Source of the DNA: Malacoraja senta
Lineage: Eukaryota
DNA length: 64,000 nt
Direction: 5' to 3'
NCBI GenBank assembly: GCA_038087875.1
Contig: CM075988.1
Coordinates: 20,834,001-20,898,000 of the forward strand
Below, piece after piece: positions 25,432-38,604 of the stretch. Numbering within the stretch: the first letter of the stretch is position 1; each line of letters opens with the position of its first letter. Below the pieces are notes generated by a model that made no database searches, was not told the DNA's origin, and saw nothing but the letters and a program-made list of their open reading frames with translations. Both the position numbers and the translations under genes were made by a program.

Positions 25432-25921
25432 TCAAGTCAAGTGAGTTTATTGTCATGTGTCCCTGGTAGGACAATGAAATTCTTGCTTTGCTTGAGCACA
25501 ACAGAACATAGTAGGCATTTACTACAAGGCATTCTATAAATATATACACAATGGTCAATATACTGATAAAGTGCAAATAACAGTATTGGCTAGTAAAGTT
25601 CAGTGTTATGTCCGAGCCAGGTTTAATAGCCTGATGGCTGTGGGGAAGTAGCTGTTCCTGAACCTGGTCGTTGCAGTCTTCAGGCTCCTGTACCTTCTAC
25701 CTGAAGGTAGTAGGGAGATGAGTGTGTGGCCAGGATGGTGTGGGTCCTTGATGATGCTGCCAGCCTTTTTGAGGCAGCGACTGTGGTAGATCCCCTCGAT
25801 GGAAGGGAGGTCAGAGCCGATGATGGACTGGGCAGTGTTTACTACTTTTTGTAGTCTTTTCCTCTCCAGGGCACTCAAGTTGCCGAACCAAGCCACAATG
25901 CAACCGGTCAGCATGCTCTCT
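25432..25921 (-). mobile_element. Rex1/Babar LINE, 5'-truncated young copy
   Basis: ORF 25606-25914 nearly identical to the end of ORF 37173-37886; same 3' UTR. Confidence 0.95.
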
Positions 25922-26104
25922 GATGAAAGAGTACATAAAGAATGAAAGTGACTTAATTCAATTTGAAACTAGAGTAGACCACTTAAACAGAGCCAACTAC
26001 ATGGGTAAAATGGAGAAACAAGGAACTGCAGGTGCTGGGATCCTGAGCACAAAATGCTGGGGTAACTCAGTGGGCCGGACAGTATCTCTGGAGGACATGG
26101 TTAG

Positions 26105-26898
26105 ATGGGTAGATGTATGGAATGATCTGCCAGAGGAGGTAGTTGAGGCAGGGACTGTTACAATGTTCAAGAAACATTTAGACAGGTACATGGATAGGAC
26201 AAGTTTAGAGGGATATGGACCAAATGCAGGCAGGTGGGACGAGCGTAGCTGGGACATGTTGGCTGGTGTGGGCATGTTGAGCTGCAGGGCCTGTTTCCAT
26301 GCCTCTATGACTCAATGATGTTTTGAGTTGGGATCAATGTAAAAGGTATGAATTGTTTATGGTAGATTGTGAACAATGTTAAAAAGGATGTTCATTAATA
26401 AGTGTCAACAAAATAGAGAGAGTACAGAGGAGATTTACTAGAATGTTGCCTGGGTTTCAGTACCTAAGTTACAGAGAAAGGTTGAACAAGATAGGTCTTT
26501 ATTTTTTGGAGCACAGAAGGTTAAGGGGGGACTTGATAGAGGTCTTTAAAATTATGAGAGGGATGGACAGAGTTGATGTGATAAGTTTTTTCCATTGAGA
26601 GTAGGGAAGATTCAAACAAGAGGACATGATTTGAGAATTAAGGGACAAAAGTTTAGGGGTAACATGAGGGGGAACTTCTTTACTCAGAGAGTGGTAGCTG
26701 TGTGGAATGAGCTTCCAATGGAAGTGGTGGAGGCAGGTTCGATTTTATCATTTAAAAATAAATTGGATAGGTATATGGACGGGAAAGGAATGGAGGGTTA
26801 TGGTCTGAGGTAGATGGGACTAGGTGAGAGTAAGTGTTCGGCATGGACTAGAAGGGCCGAGATGGCCTGTTTCCGTGCTTTAATTGTTATATGGTTAT
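26105..26898 (+). mobile_element. Two CR1-like LINE 3' fragments of different subfamilies (about 26105-26310 and 26421-26898)
   Basis: VWNDLPEEVVEAG...FKKHLDRYMD and TRGHDLRIKGQKFRGNMRGNFFTQRVVAVWNELP. Confidence 0.85.
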
Positions 26899-27789
26899 AA
26901 GTGATGTCTAACATTTAAATATTTAATACAAAGTTTAGAAGAAATGTATATTACCTTAAGACACAAAAGTCTAACAGGACCAGCAGAAAATATAAAGTTG
27001 AGATCAATACAGTTTGGGGAAAATGTTAAAGTTGAGCAAAGGAGTTCCCTGAAACATAATTAAAAGGAATGTAAGAATAATTTAAAGGGATCATGAAACC
27101 AGACTGTAAAAACTTCCACGGATATGTCAAGATAATGTTCATACTGATGAATGTGGGTCCCTCACAGACTCAGACAGGGGGAATTGGGAGATAGAACAAA
27201 TATTTATTGTCTGTTTTCACAGAAGAAGACACAGGAAGTCTTCCAGAAATCATGATGAGCGCGAGTTCAGAGTGAAAGGGAGTTGCTGTACGTGAGCCAA
27301 ATAATCTCCTCTAATCCACAGTGATCACACATATCTTCTCTCTGCTTTGAGATGATCTGCCTGTAGAGGCCAACAGGCAATAAATGTGAGCGCTAACCTA
27401 GCTGATGAGCCCTCACCATTGTCTTTGGGTTCCAGTCTTCAGTACTGTACAAATATCACCATGTGTTGCAGTAATTATAGAACGTGAATTGCCTCCGTAC
27501 CAACTTCTGTTCTCCATCCTATGATCTCCCTGCCTCTGTCACTGAAGTCATTCTTCCTATCTCCATCTTCAATGCTTCCCCCATCGGGGGACATAGAACA
27601 GTACAGCCCAGGAACAAATTCTTCTGTGTCAATGTCTGTGCCAAACATGATGCCAAGTTAAACTAATCTCCTCTGTCTGCATGTGATCCATATCCCTTCA
27701 TTCACTACATATCCATGAGCTTGTCTAAAAGCCACTTAATGCCACTATCGTATCAGCTTCCATATGACCCCCTCCTCACCTACCCATCC

Positions 27790-28057
27790 AACCCTTCAAT
27801 CCTGTCTCACTCTTTCTGCTCTTATCTCTGGCCTTTGTTGCAACCATCTGCCTATCCAAAACCCTCCTCGCCTGCGTCCACCTAGTATGTACCATGCTTT
27901 GCCCTGCCTCTCCCCTCTTCCTGCTTTCTTCTCCCTCCCGCCCTCCCCTCGCCCCACCATCAGTCTGAAGAAGGGTCTCGACCCAAAACATCACTGATCC
28001 ATGTTCTCCAGAGATGCTGCCTGACCTGCTGAGTTACTCCAGCACTTTGTGTCCTTT
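27790..28057 (+). mobile_element. PLE pLTR fragment
   Basis: Pyrimidine-rich segment then atcagt-ctgaaga-a-gggtctcgaccc-aaaacatc-actgat. Confidence 0.8.
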
Positions 28058-28588
28058 CGACCTGTCGTTTGCTGGCTCTCATCCCACTCTTAACCCCCCC
28101 CCCACCTCATTATACTCTACCCCTTCAGTCTAGATAAAGGGGGTCATGACCCAAAATATTGGCTATCTATGTTCTTCCACTGATGCTGTCTGACCCAACA
28201 AGTTCCCCCAGCACCTCTCCTTTAGCAGTGAGGTCCCCTCTTATCACTCATGAACCAAGCAGTGAGAGCTGGCGGGACAATTGGTCATTCGACAGTTTAA
28301 TCTTGCCCAATGCACACCATGTGTACTTTCTTTCGGAATCCCAGAGAAACAAAGAAAAAGACACGTAATCGATCACCCTCGTTAGTTTGTACACACAACG
28401 TTGTGCCCTCCTGCTATATAAATGAGACCATGCCACCCAGTCCTTAACATGGGATTGTTTCCAGTTGCTCCTCATCAGCCAACAGTGGACCAGCATGTCC
28501 CATCTTATTGGGATGAGATGATTATACAGTCTATGTTTCTCCGCTTGGCTCTGTGGCATCACGTTAGATATTTGACCTGAGACAGACA

Positions 28589-29270
28589 GGGCAGCACGGT
28601 GGCGCAGCGCTAGAGTTGCTGCCTTACAGTGCCAGAGACCCGGGTTCGATCCTGACTGCTGGTGCTATCTGTAAACATATAAGATTGTTAAGGGCTTGGA
28701 CACGCTAGAGGCAGGAAACATGTTCCCGATGTTGGGGGAGTCCAGAACCAGGGGCCACAGTTTAAGAACAAGGGGTAAGCCATTTAGAACGGAGACGAGG
28801 AAACGCTTTTTCTCACAGAGAGTGGTGAGTGTGGAATTCTCTGCCTCAAGAGGGCGGTGGAGGCAGGTTCTCTGGATGCTTTCAAGAGAGAGCTAGATAG
28901 GGCTCTTAAAAATAGCAGTCAGGGGATATGGGGAGAAGGCAGGAACGGGGTACTGATTGGGGATGATCAGCCATGATCACATTGAATGGCGGTGCTGGCT
29001 CGAAGGGCCAAATGGCCTACTCCTGCACCTATTGTCTATTGTCTATTGTACTGAGTTTGTACGTTCTCCCTATGACCATGTGGGTTTGCTCCGGTTTACT
29101 CCCACAGTCGAAAGACGTTACAGGTTTGTAGGGTAGTTGGCTTCGGTAACTTAGAATTGTAAATTGTGACTAGTGTGTGTAGGATAGTGTTTGTGTACGG
29201 GGTGATCGCTGGTCGGCGCAGACTCGGTAGACCGAAGGTCCTGTTTCCATGCTGTATCTCTAAACTGAAC
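28589..29270 (+). mobile_element. HE1-like V-SINE split by a CR1 3' fragment (28674-29046)
   Basis: SINE breaks at ...ggtgctatctgta and resumes at tgtactgagtttgtacg (tgta duplicated); CR1 peptide DTLEAGNMFPMLGESRTRGHSL and (attgtct)n tail. Confidence 0.9.
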
Positions 29271-31739
29271 TCGATATTGCTTTTACCAGTTGCATTCCAC
29301 AGATTGTTTTCCCCCTTGCAGTTGAGGAAGTTCTGACAATCACTGTGAAATATTTATATAATGAATTCCAGATGAGGCAGCTTTTTCCAAGAGGGATACC
29401 GGATTTTATAAATGATCTGCCTCTCTAATGGGCTCTGGTGAACCATCCGCTCAAGGCAAGGAGCTGCAGATTGCCGCGCTGAGCTCACGTAACAGGGATC
29501 AGTGGAATTTCAATAGTCCATGAGAGGATGAGAAGAGACACCAGCCCTTTATAGTCCAGAGATCAGAACATCTGTCAACTATCCGCATGCATGAGTTATT
29601 GTTACAATATGTTGAACAAAGCTCCCGAGTAAAATTAAGACAATAAGGACATTTTCTAGTTTTCTAGAAAGTTTTCTAGGGATAAATGAAGCACTTGGCC
29701 AAGGTAGACAAAGTTTCCCAAGCTGTGAAGGCCAGCAGGAACATTATCCCAACCAACCCTAGATGGTTCAATGAGAAGAGGGAATGGCTGGGGTTGCGAC
29801 TCGTCCTTGATTATGCTGGTGGCCTTGCCGAGGCAGCGTGCGGTGTTAATTGAGTCAAGGGAGGTTAGTTTGTGTGATGGTCTGGGCTGCGTCCACAATT
29901 CTCTGCAATTTCTTGTGGTTTTGTACGGAGCTGCTCCCAAACCAAAGTGTAAGGTAATGCATTTGGAGAGAGAGTGATAAAGTGTGGAAACAGGCCTATC
30001 GGCCCAACTTGCACACTCCCAGGGCAAGTTGAATGGTGTGGTAGAATCGACGCACCTGGAGCTAATGTCCACAGAAACTAGCCGAGAGCAGTTAAAAAAG
30101 GTATGTGGGCTGTTTTCCCTAAGTTGCCAAGAACATGAGAACCATGGGTTTATGCTAGAACTGCACATAACACCGGTTAGGCCACAACTTGAGGACTATC
30201 TAGAGTCTGGTCACTACTTTATCAGAAGCACTTCATGACACTGGGGAGGATGCAGGATGTATGGAGCATGTTCCAGGGCTGGATCTTTAGATTTTAGACT
30301 TTAGAGTCACAATGTGCAGGTTAATTGGCATCTGGGGAGAAGGCGGGAGAATGGGGTTGAGAGGGAAAGATAGATCAGCCATGATTGAATGGTGGAGTAG
30401 ACTTGATGGGCCGAATAGTCTAATTCTGCTCTTGCAGCTAATGAACTTGTGAACAGTGGCATCGATCTGATCTGCTCTGTTGAAGTATTGAACAAGTTCT
30501 TCTGGAGAAGTTCCAATCTCATTCTTAATCTGATAATGATATCCCCGGAGGCTCGCGGATAAAGCTTCAGCCTTCCCACTACAGTAACCAGTGGGATTTT
30601 GTGGTTTGTTTAAGCATCTGTTGGGTCTGAGCTATCCTATTTCCTGGTTGATGTTTCTGGCTGCTGATTCATGCATCAGGTTGGGAACAAAGGATTACAT
30701 TATCTTCAAGTGTGTTCACTGAGTTCTCTCTTAACTAAATGTTTCATTCTGTTGTGTGGAGTCACTTTGAATTCAGCTTAGTGTGTTTCTATTAGAGTTT
30801 TGCCAATGGAAAGTTCCTGTGGCAGTTCTGTATAAAGCTCGGGCAGACTTTTATCTTAACCCTACCTGTATATGCAGTTAACATTATCGCTCGAGTTTAC
30901 CTAATCTCCTGCGCATTCACTGGAGCACAGACAGACCCTTCTGTAAACAGATTTGTAAAAGGCAAATAAAATCCTCCAAAACAAATACAGAAGTACCAAG
31001 AGGCTACTTGAAGCACTGACTCTGTCAGCAGAATTGCACGTTGGATTGTTAAGACAAGTACAACCATTCATCATGTGCATCGCATGTTATGACAGAAGAG
31101 AAATTCTAAAAATATGATTAAGCTTCTCCTGTACTTGGAAAAGCAGGAGAAAAGCATAGCTTGTTTAGAAAGATAAAAGGGCGGCACGGTGGCGCAACGG
31201 TAGAGTTGCTGCCTCACAGCTCCAGAGACCCGGGTTCAATCCCCCGACTACGGGTGCTGTCTGTACGGAGTTTGTACATTCTCCCTGTGACCTGCATGGG
31301 TTTTCTCCGAGATCCTCGGTTTCCTCCTTGCATATCCATGTGCCTATATACTGTAAAAGCATCTTTAATGCCACTTCCATATCTACCTTCACCCCTTCCC
31401 TGGTAGTGGAGAAGGCAAAAAAGAAATCTCTTTCGCACTACCTGGATGTACTCGTGTATGGTACAAATTGTTTGGATAGAACATTAAAAAGTTGTTCACT
31501 CTACTCAGTGCCTGTGCCAATAATAAACTAATACCGATGCTTGTATTACATCCAAGGCATGTAATCTCCAAGGCATGTAATCTCTAGGTAATTCTGTACC
31601 ATAGAATATACAATCTGACCTATCACTCTTTAAGGAGTAGTTCATTTTGCTACATTCCCCACTTCTTTTCCTGGACATTGACCTTTAGGTATTGGGGCAC
31701 CTATACCTACTTTCTTCGACAATGCTTCTGAGACTTGTG

Positions 31740-31860
31740 AGTAGGGGCGTCGGAGGCAGCAGGTGCAGGGGAACACTACCATCTGCAGGTCCCACTCCAA
31801 ATTACACACCATCCTGACTTGGAATTATCTTGTCATCCCTTCCACATTTCTGGTTCACTT
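31740..31860 (+). mobile_element. Old LINE remnant (CR1/L2-group)
   Basis: gcagcaggtgcaggggaacactaccatctgcaggtcccactccaa...accatcctgacttggaa resembles a common chondrichthyan LINE 3' region (from memory). Confidence 0.45.
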
Positions 31861-32863
31861 GCTGTACATCATCAGCGGGCTCTGTGAATCTGCAAATAAC
31901 AGAGGTGTCTGACACAAAGGGTAGAAAGTGAGGGGTGGAACGTGAGGTTGAAGTATCAACAAACTATCTTTGATTGAAGGCATTAAACTCCCACTGGAAA
32001 TGATTAGATTTTGTTGCATCAAATCGCATGGAACACATTGGACTGGAACAAGTCATTCCTTCTGACGGACAATAGTGGTATCTGTGATCCATTGGAGTCT
32101 CACCTCACCCCTCCTCAACTCTGTTATCCTTCTATTCATGTGTGTCTTGTGCGTGGGCTAGCTTCCCCAGACAGATAACTCTGCAATTTGCTTCATCTAT
32201 CCTTTGCAACTTCTGAATTCTAACCACTCTTGGTGCAGTGATTTCTTATCTTAGATTCTTTATCTGATTTATTAATGACATATCTTGCATAGTTGGCTTG
32301 GACTTTGGGTTCTGTCATAGTGGAAATATTCCAGCTACATCTCCCCACGTTAGACCTCTGTTCAGTCACCCCTCAGCTTTTTTTCTGGAGAGGAAATCCA
32401 CTGCATCTGTCATCTTTCTTGAAAGTTATAATTTTCACTCCAGGTGTCATCTTTTATCAAATCTGCTATATTTTCCCATTTATCTATAACTATTTCACTA
32501 TACAAAATGACTGCATTCTACACTTAGCAGCACCGTTGACGGTTTAAATAGCTAATATCCCTGTTTTTAAAAGAAAAATCTATCCCTTTGGAAATAGGAC
32601 ATATTGGACAATCAATGTCTATGCTAAACTTGATGCCAAGATAACTGAATTTCCTCTGAACACACATGATCCATATACCTCCATTCCCTGCATATCCATG
32701 TGCCTATCTAAAAGCCTCCTAAATGCCACCATCATATCCACCTCCATGGCCACCCTGACAACCCGTTCCAGGCACCTACCAGGTTTAGAGAGATCCCTCT
32801 ACAGGTTTTGGGGGATGTGGGCCAAATGCGGGCAGGTGGGACCAGCGTAGACGGGGGCATCTT

Positions 32864-33295
32864 GTGTTACAGCAAAGGGTGTTAGTCTCTGGAATAACTG
32901 CCATGATGAGCTGAAAAAATGTAAGACTCTATTCAAACTAAAAACACTCTTCAGAAACAAAAGATTGAATGGTTATGAGCTGGACCAGTGATTTTCTTTT
33001 CTGTTTGGTTATTTCTTGTTTGTGGACTGTTCAACAGATTTTGGGTCCATTTGTTCCCATTATTTTGTTTTTCCATGAAAATGTATAGAAAATAAGAGGG
33101 GGTAGGACCAGAAAGGTTTTCGAACTTCTTCTTACCCCTTTTGAACATGAACGATATTATTTGTATTATTTGAGTTACTTATTCGTTTGTTTTCCTTTGT
33201 GTTTTATTTTCTTTTTTATTGCTTATAAGTTTATTTGTGTTTGTATATTTTTTTTAACATGTTCAATAAAATAATTTAATAAAATAATAAAAAAA
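32864..33295 (+). mobile_element. L2-group (Crack/Daphne-like) LINE 3' end with A-rich tail, inserted in a CR1 3' UTR
   Basis: 32866-32991 encodes VTAKGVSLWNNCHDELKKCKTLFKLKTLFRNKRLNGYELDQ*; AATAAA plus A-tail; TSD atctt at 32859-32863 and 33296-33300. Confidence 0.7.
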
Positions 33296-34094
33296 ATCTT
33301 AGTCAGCGTGGGCAAGTTGGCATGAAGGGCCTGTTTCTGTGCTGAATGACTCTAAGACCACTCTGTGCACACTTGCCTGAACTGCAATGGACTCCCTACT
33401 TCCTTTGCTACTGTAATGAGTATTAAACCATGTTGATACATTTAAAGACCAGGATAATTCTCCACCTCACAATGTCTCTCCTCTTCTGTCCTCTTCAAAC
33501 CTAATTTCCCAAGGAATCTGTGGTTTCCTTATTATCTCAATCAAAATACACCAACACACACTGATGCACATTAAAACTTATTTGAAAGTTGTCCAAATCA
33601 TCTTCCTTTGAGAAGGTTGTGCATACAGGCAATTTAAATATCTCCTTTCTGTTTTTATTTCGTATAGCTTTGAAGGAGGGCTTTCGGTCTGTTAAGTTTA
33701 TGCTTGATCTTGTGAAGAAATTTGAAGACTGCAGCAGCTTAGAGTTGTAGAGTCATGGCGCCATACACCATAGAATCAGACTCTAGGGCTCCATATCTAT
33801 GTTGACCATCAAGAATCATGTGTCCACAGTCAAGAGTAAAAAAATCAAATGAGTCAAGCCTTTTAATTGTCATATGTACTGGCAATGGAACAATGAAATT
33901 CATTCATTGCTCCCCTTCCCAGCTCTCCCACAAGCCTACTATCTCCTCCTCTTCCTTTCTTTTTCCCGCCCCCCCCACCCCCCGACATCGGTGATGAAGG
34001 GTCTCGACCCGAACCGTCGCCTATTCCTTCTCTCCAAAGATGCTGCCTCACCCGCTGAGTTTCTCCAGCATTTTTGTCTACCTATGAAATTCAT

Positions 34095-34378
34095 TAGTTT
34101 AGTTTAGAGATATATCGCGGTGGACCACCAAGTCTACACTGACCAGTGATCCCTGCACACTAACACTATCCGACACACACTAGGGACAATTTTACATTCA
34201 TACCAAGCCAATTAACCTACAAACCTGTACGTCTTTGGAGTGTGGGGGGAAACCGAAGATCTCGAAGAAAACCCACGCGGTCACGGGGAGAGCAGACAGC
34301 TCCCATAATTGGGATTGAACCCGGGTCTCTGGCGATGTAAGCACTGTAAGGCAGCAACTCTACCGCTGCGCCACCGTA
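34095..34378 (-). mobile_element. HE1-like V-SINE
   Basis: Head, V-domain, tail. Confidence 0.85.
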
Positions 34379-35100
34379 TCGCCCCTAGTTCCAGGAGCAG
34401 AATTAGTCCATCAAGTCCACTCCGCCATTCAATCAAAAAGATTTCTCTACTTAATGTTTGTCATGTTGCCCATGCAACCGATAACACCGCACATTTTAAA
34501 ACATAGAGATGTACATAATGTGGTTTGTTTCTCCTTAATGATTGAAAGGAGGTACTGGTGGTCTGAGTGTGTGTTGTGATATTCATAGTAAGGCTGTTTT
34601 ATTTAAACGTATTAAAGTTAATTCTGGATTTAGATGACCAACTGTGTCACAAACGTCCTGACATTGGTATACTCCCGTTGTCATGTGGGCTTGTGTGGTA
34701 GTGGTCACAAAGAATTGGCTTGGATTATTTACTACATTCATTGCTTCAGCCATTCTTTGTCCTGTCAAGGGGTTAGGGTGACCTAGGGAGTTGGAACAAC
34801 AGCTGCAAGTTAAAGCAGATGAGTAAGATAAGAGTGAATCCGGCAATTATTCAGTGCAGCCCGAGGCTAGGCTTATAATCCCTTAAAAACATGTTCTGAG
34901 AGCTACCATGCCAATTAGCAAAATTGGGCCCATTGTATCGGCTTTCATTTCAACCGAGTTGTTGCCATATTACAGCAGCCTGAGTCTTAATTGGCATTTA
35001 CCTAAAGTCCATGGTTGGAGGCAGGTTGTAGATGGGATGACATTCCTCCCACAGTCTCCAAGATGAAATCGTTGCTGGCTTTCAACAGAAATGCTATATT

Positions 35101-35545
35101 TCAATCCTGACCTCGGGTGCTGTCTGTGTGGAGTTTGTACGTTCTCCCTGTGACCCCGTGGATTTCCAATGGGTGCTCCAGTTTCTTCCCACATCCCAAA
35201 GACGTGTAGGTTTGCAGGTTAATTGACCTCTGTAAATTGTCTCCAGTATGTAGGATAGAACTAGGGTAGGGGGTGTTCGCTGGTCGGTGCGAATGCGGTG
35301 GGCTGAAGGGCCTATTTCCACGCTGTATCTCTAAATTAAACTAAACCGCGTGGGTTTCCTCCGGGTGCTCCGGTTTCCCCCCCACATCCCTAAGACGTGC
35401 GGATTTGTAGAATAATTGGCCCTCTGTAAATTACCCACAGTGTGCAGGGAGTGGATGAGAAAGTGGGAACATTGAACTCGTGTGAGCAGGTGATCGATGG
35501 TCGGCGTGGACTCGGTGGGCTGAAGGGTCTGTATCTTTCTATCAA
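35101..35545 (+). mobile_element. Two 5'-truncated V-SINE copies in tandem
   Basis: V-domain and tail twice (35101-35345, 35346-35545). Confidence 0.8.
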
Positions 35546-36545
35546 TCAACCCAGTGTAAACACATGCTGGATCTTGGCAGAGCCACATGTATTACAGGCA
35601 CCATAAGCCATTCCCTTCCACCCACTTCTTTCAAACACCTACAGTCTTTTACACTTGCCTCCAGCATTGTGACTGTACAATTATCATAATCAATCTGCAT
35701 GTTTCAACAGTCTAAAGACCTTATGAAGTTATCTTAACCATTCTGGGCTTTTGCCATTTAAAATCTTGTTCAACCATCTTTGAGTAATTTACTTTCATTT
35801 ACTGGAATAAAATTAATTTTGCTGCGTGTAACTTTATTTGGGGCACGGATAAGGTGAATAGCCACAGACTTTTCTCTCCAGGGTAATGGTGTTTAAAACC
35901 AGGTGAAAGGTGAGGGGGTGAAAGATTGAAAAGGGACCTGTGGGGCAACTTTTTCACACAGGGAGTGATATGGGGCAAGCTGCCAGAGGATGTGGTGGAG
36001 GTGTGTACAATGGCATTTAAAAGACACTAGGGCAGGTACGTGGATAGGACATATTTGGAGGGATATGGGGCAGGCACTGGCAAGTGGGACTAATTGATTG
36101 GCATGGACGAGTTGGGCAGTAAGGCCTGTTTCTATACTCTAGCTCCACGACTTAGCAGTGAAGTGTGAGAACACATCATAATGTGTTAATTTACCTGCTC
36201 CTAACTATTTCTAACTTTCTAATGTAAATATGATGACACCTTCAAAACCAAAGCACCCCCTTATCACAACATCTCAAACATGCAGACCACCAGACGATCA
36301 GTCTAAAAAAGGATCCTGACCCGAACCAATTCCTATCCATTCCTTCCACAGATGCTGCCTGGCCCATTGAGTTACTCCAGCACTTTATGTTCATCTCAAT
36401 CCTGGAACTGTGGCCAAAATAAAATGTTATTTTTCTTTCAGGCCCTGTAGTCAATGGTAAAGAGTCTTTCCTTTTCTAGAGGGAATTGAGAACATTTTGT
36501 TTCACTGAACAAATCTCTCATCTGCTGAATGCTGATTACTTCTGC

Positions 36546-38058
36546 GATGGTATACCTGGTCGTGTTCTAAAAACCTGTGCGTACCAACTGGCTGGAGTTT
36601 TTACGGACATTTTCAACCTCTCACTTCTGAGGTCTGAGGTTCCCACCTGCTTCAAAAGGGCATCAATTATACCAATGCCCAAGAAGAGTAAGGTGACGTG
36701 CCTCAATGACTATCGACCTGTGGCACTAACGCCTGTGGTGATGAAGTGCTTTGAGAGGTTGATCATGACGCAGATCAACTCCTACCTCGACAAAAACCTG
36801 GACCCACTGCAGTTCGCTTACCGCCACAACAGATCAACGGTGGATGCGATCTCGCTGGCCCTCCACTCCGCTCTGGACCACTTGGACAACAAAAACTCAT
36901 ATGTCAGGCTGTTATTCATCGATTACAGCTCGGCATTTAATACAATCATCTCCTCCAAGCTGGTTACCAAACTCGCAGAACTGGGTCTCTGCGCATCCCT
37001 CTGCAACTGGATCCTCGACTTCCTCACTCTCAGACCACAGTCTGTTCGTATTGGTGGAAATGAGTCGAAATGTTATCAGACTCGATAACAATCAGCACGG
37101 GAGCGCCACAAGGCTGCGTGCTCAGCCCCCTGCTGTACTCACTCTATACTCATGACTGTGTAGCCGGACATAGTGCGAGCGCCATCATCAAGTTCGCTGA
37201 TGACACCACTGTTGTGGGACGCATCACTGATGGGGATGTCAGAGTATAGAAGAGAGATCGAGCAACTGTCCATATGGTGCCAGCACAATAACCTGGCCCT
37301 CAACACCAGCAAAACCAAGGAACTGATTGTGGACTTTGGAAGGAGTAGGATGGGGACCCACAGTCCCGTTTATATCAACGGGTCGATGGTTGAAAGGGTC
37401 AAGAGCTTCAAATTCCTGGGCGTGCACATCTCTGAAGATCTTTCCTGGTCCGAGAACACTGATGCCATTATTAAGAAAGCACATCAGCGCCTCTACTTCC
37501 TGAGAAGATTACGGAGAGTCAGTATGTCAAGGAGGACTCTCTCTAACTTCTACAGGTGCACAGTAGAGAGCATGCTGACCGGTTGCATCGTGGCTTGGTT
37601 CGGCAACTTGAGCGCCCTGGAGAGGAAAAGACTACAAAAAGTAGTAAACACTGCCCAGTCCATCATCGGCTCTGACCTCCCTTCCATCGAGGGGATCTAT
37701 CACAGTCGCTGCCTCAAAAAGGCTGGCAGTATCATCAAGGACCCACACCATCCTGGCCACACACTCATCTCCCCGCTACCTTCAGGTAGAAGGTACAGGA
37801 GCCTGAAGACTGCAACGTCCAGGTTCAGGAACAGCTACTTCCCCACAGCCATCAGGCTATTAAACCTGGCTCGGACAAAACACTGAACTTTATTAGCCAA
37901 TACTGTTATTTGCACTTTATCAGTATATTGATTCATGTGTGTATATATTTATAGAATGCCTTGTGGTCAATGCCTACTATGTTCTGTTGTGCTGAAGCAA
38001 AGCAAGAATTTCATTGTCCTATCAGGGACACATGACAATAAACTCACTTGAACTTGAA
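36546..38058 (+). mobile_element. Rex1/Babar LINE, 5'-truncated, RT region with two frameshifts
   Basis: DGIPGRVLK...NDYRPVALT...[26 protein letters not shown] (37193-37204), C-terminus to 37886, 3' UTR and (aacttg)n tail; frameshifts near 37062-37085 and 37238. Confidence 0.95.
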
Positions 38059-38604
38059 TACATATTTTTGATGATTATTCAATGAAAATTTCTAATTGCC
38101 ATTCAGTGATAGGTTACAGTGACCTGTTCCAAGTGAATTAGTAATTCAGCACCATCAGTCATGGACTAACATCTTGTTTCATAGTCATATTGCTGTATCT
38201 ATCCTACTTAAGTCTGGCTTGATTGTATTTATGTATCATATAATCTGGTTTGGTTGAATAACATGCCAAACCACGTTTTTCACTGTACCTTGCTACACAT
38301 GACAATAAGAAACTTAAACCTAAGAAGCAGACCCTTCAGCCCATCAAGTCTATTGTGTATGGGTTCCTGATGGTCAGCATAGAGTTATATCATCGAGTCA
38401 TACAGCATGGAAACAGGCCTTTGCCCCAGCTTGCTCATGCCAACCAAGGTGCCCCACCTACACTAGTCCCACTGCCCACATTTGGCCCATATCCCACTAA
38501 ACCTTTCCCATCCATGTACCAGTCCAATGATCTTTTTTTTCTCTACATATTTCCATCAACTCCCCCCAGATTATTTCTAACTCTCGCACACGCACATGCA
38601 TGCC

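Noticed and set aside
29322..29428. Acceptor-like site followed by EEVLTITVKYLYNEFQMRQLFPRGIPDFINDLPL*
   Set aside because: No recognised homology and no upstream partner exon
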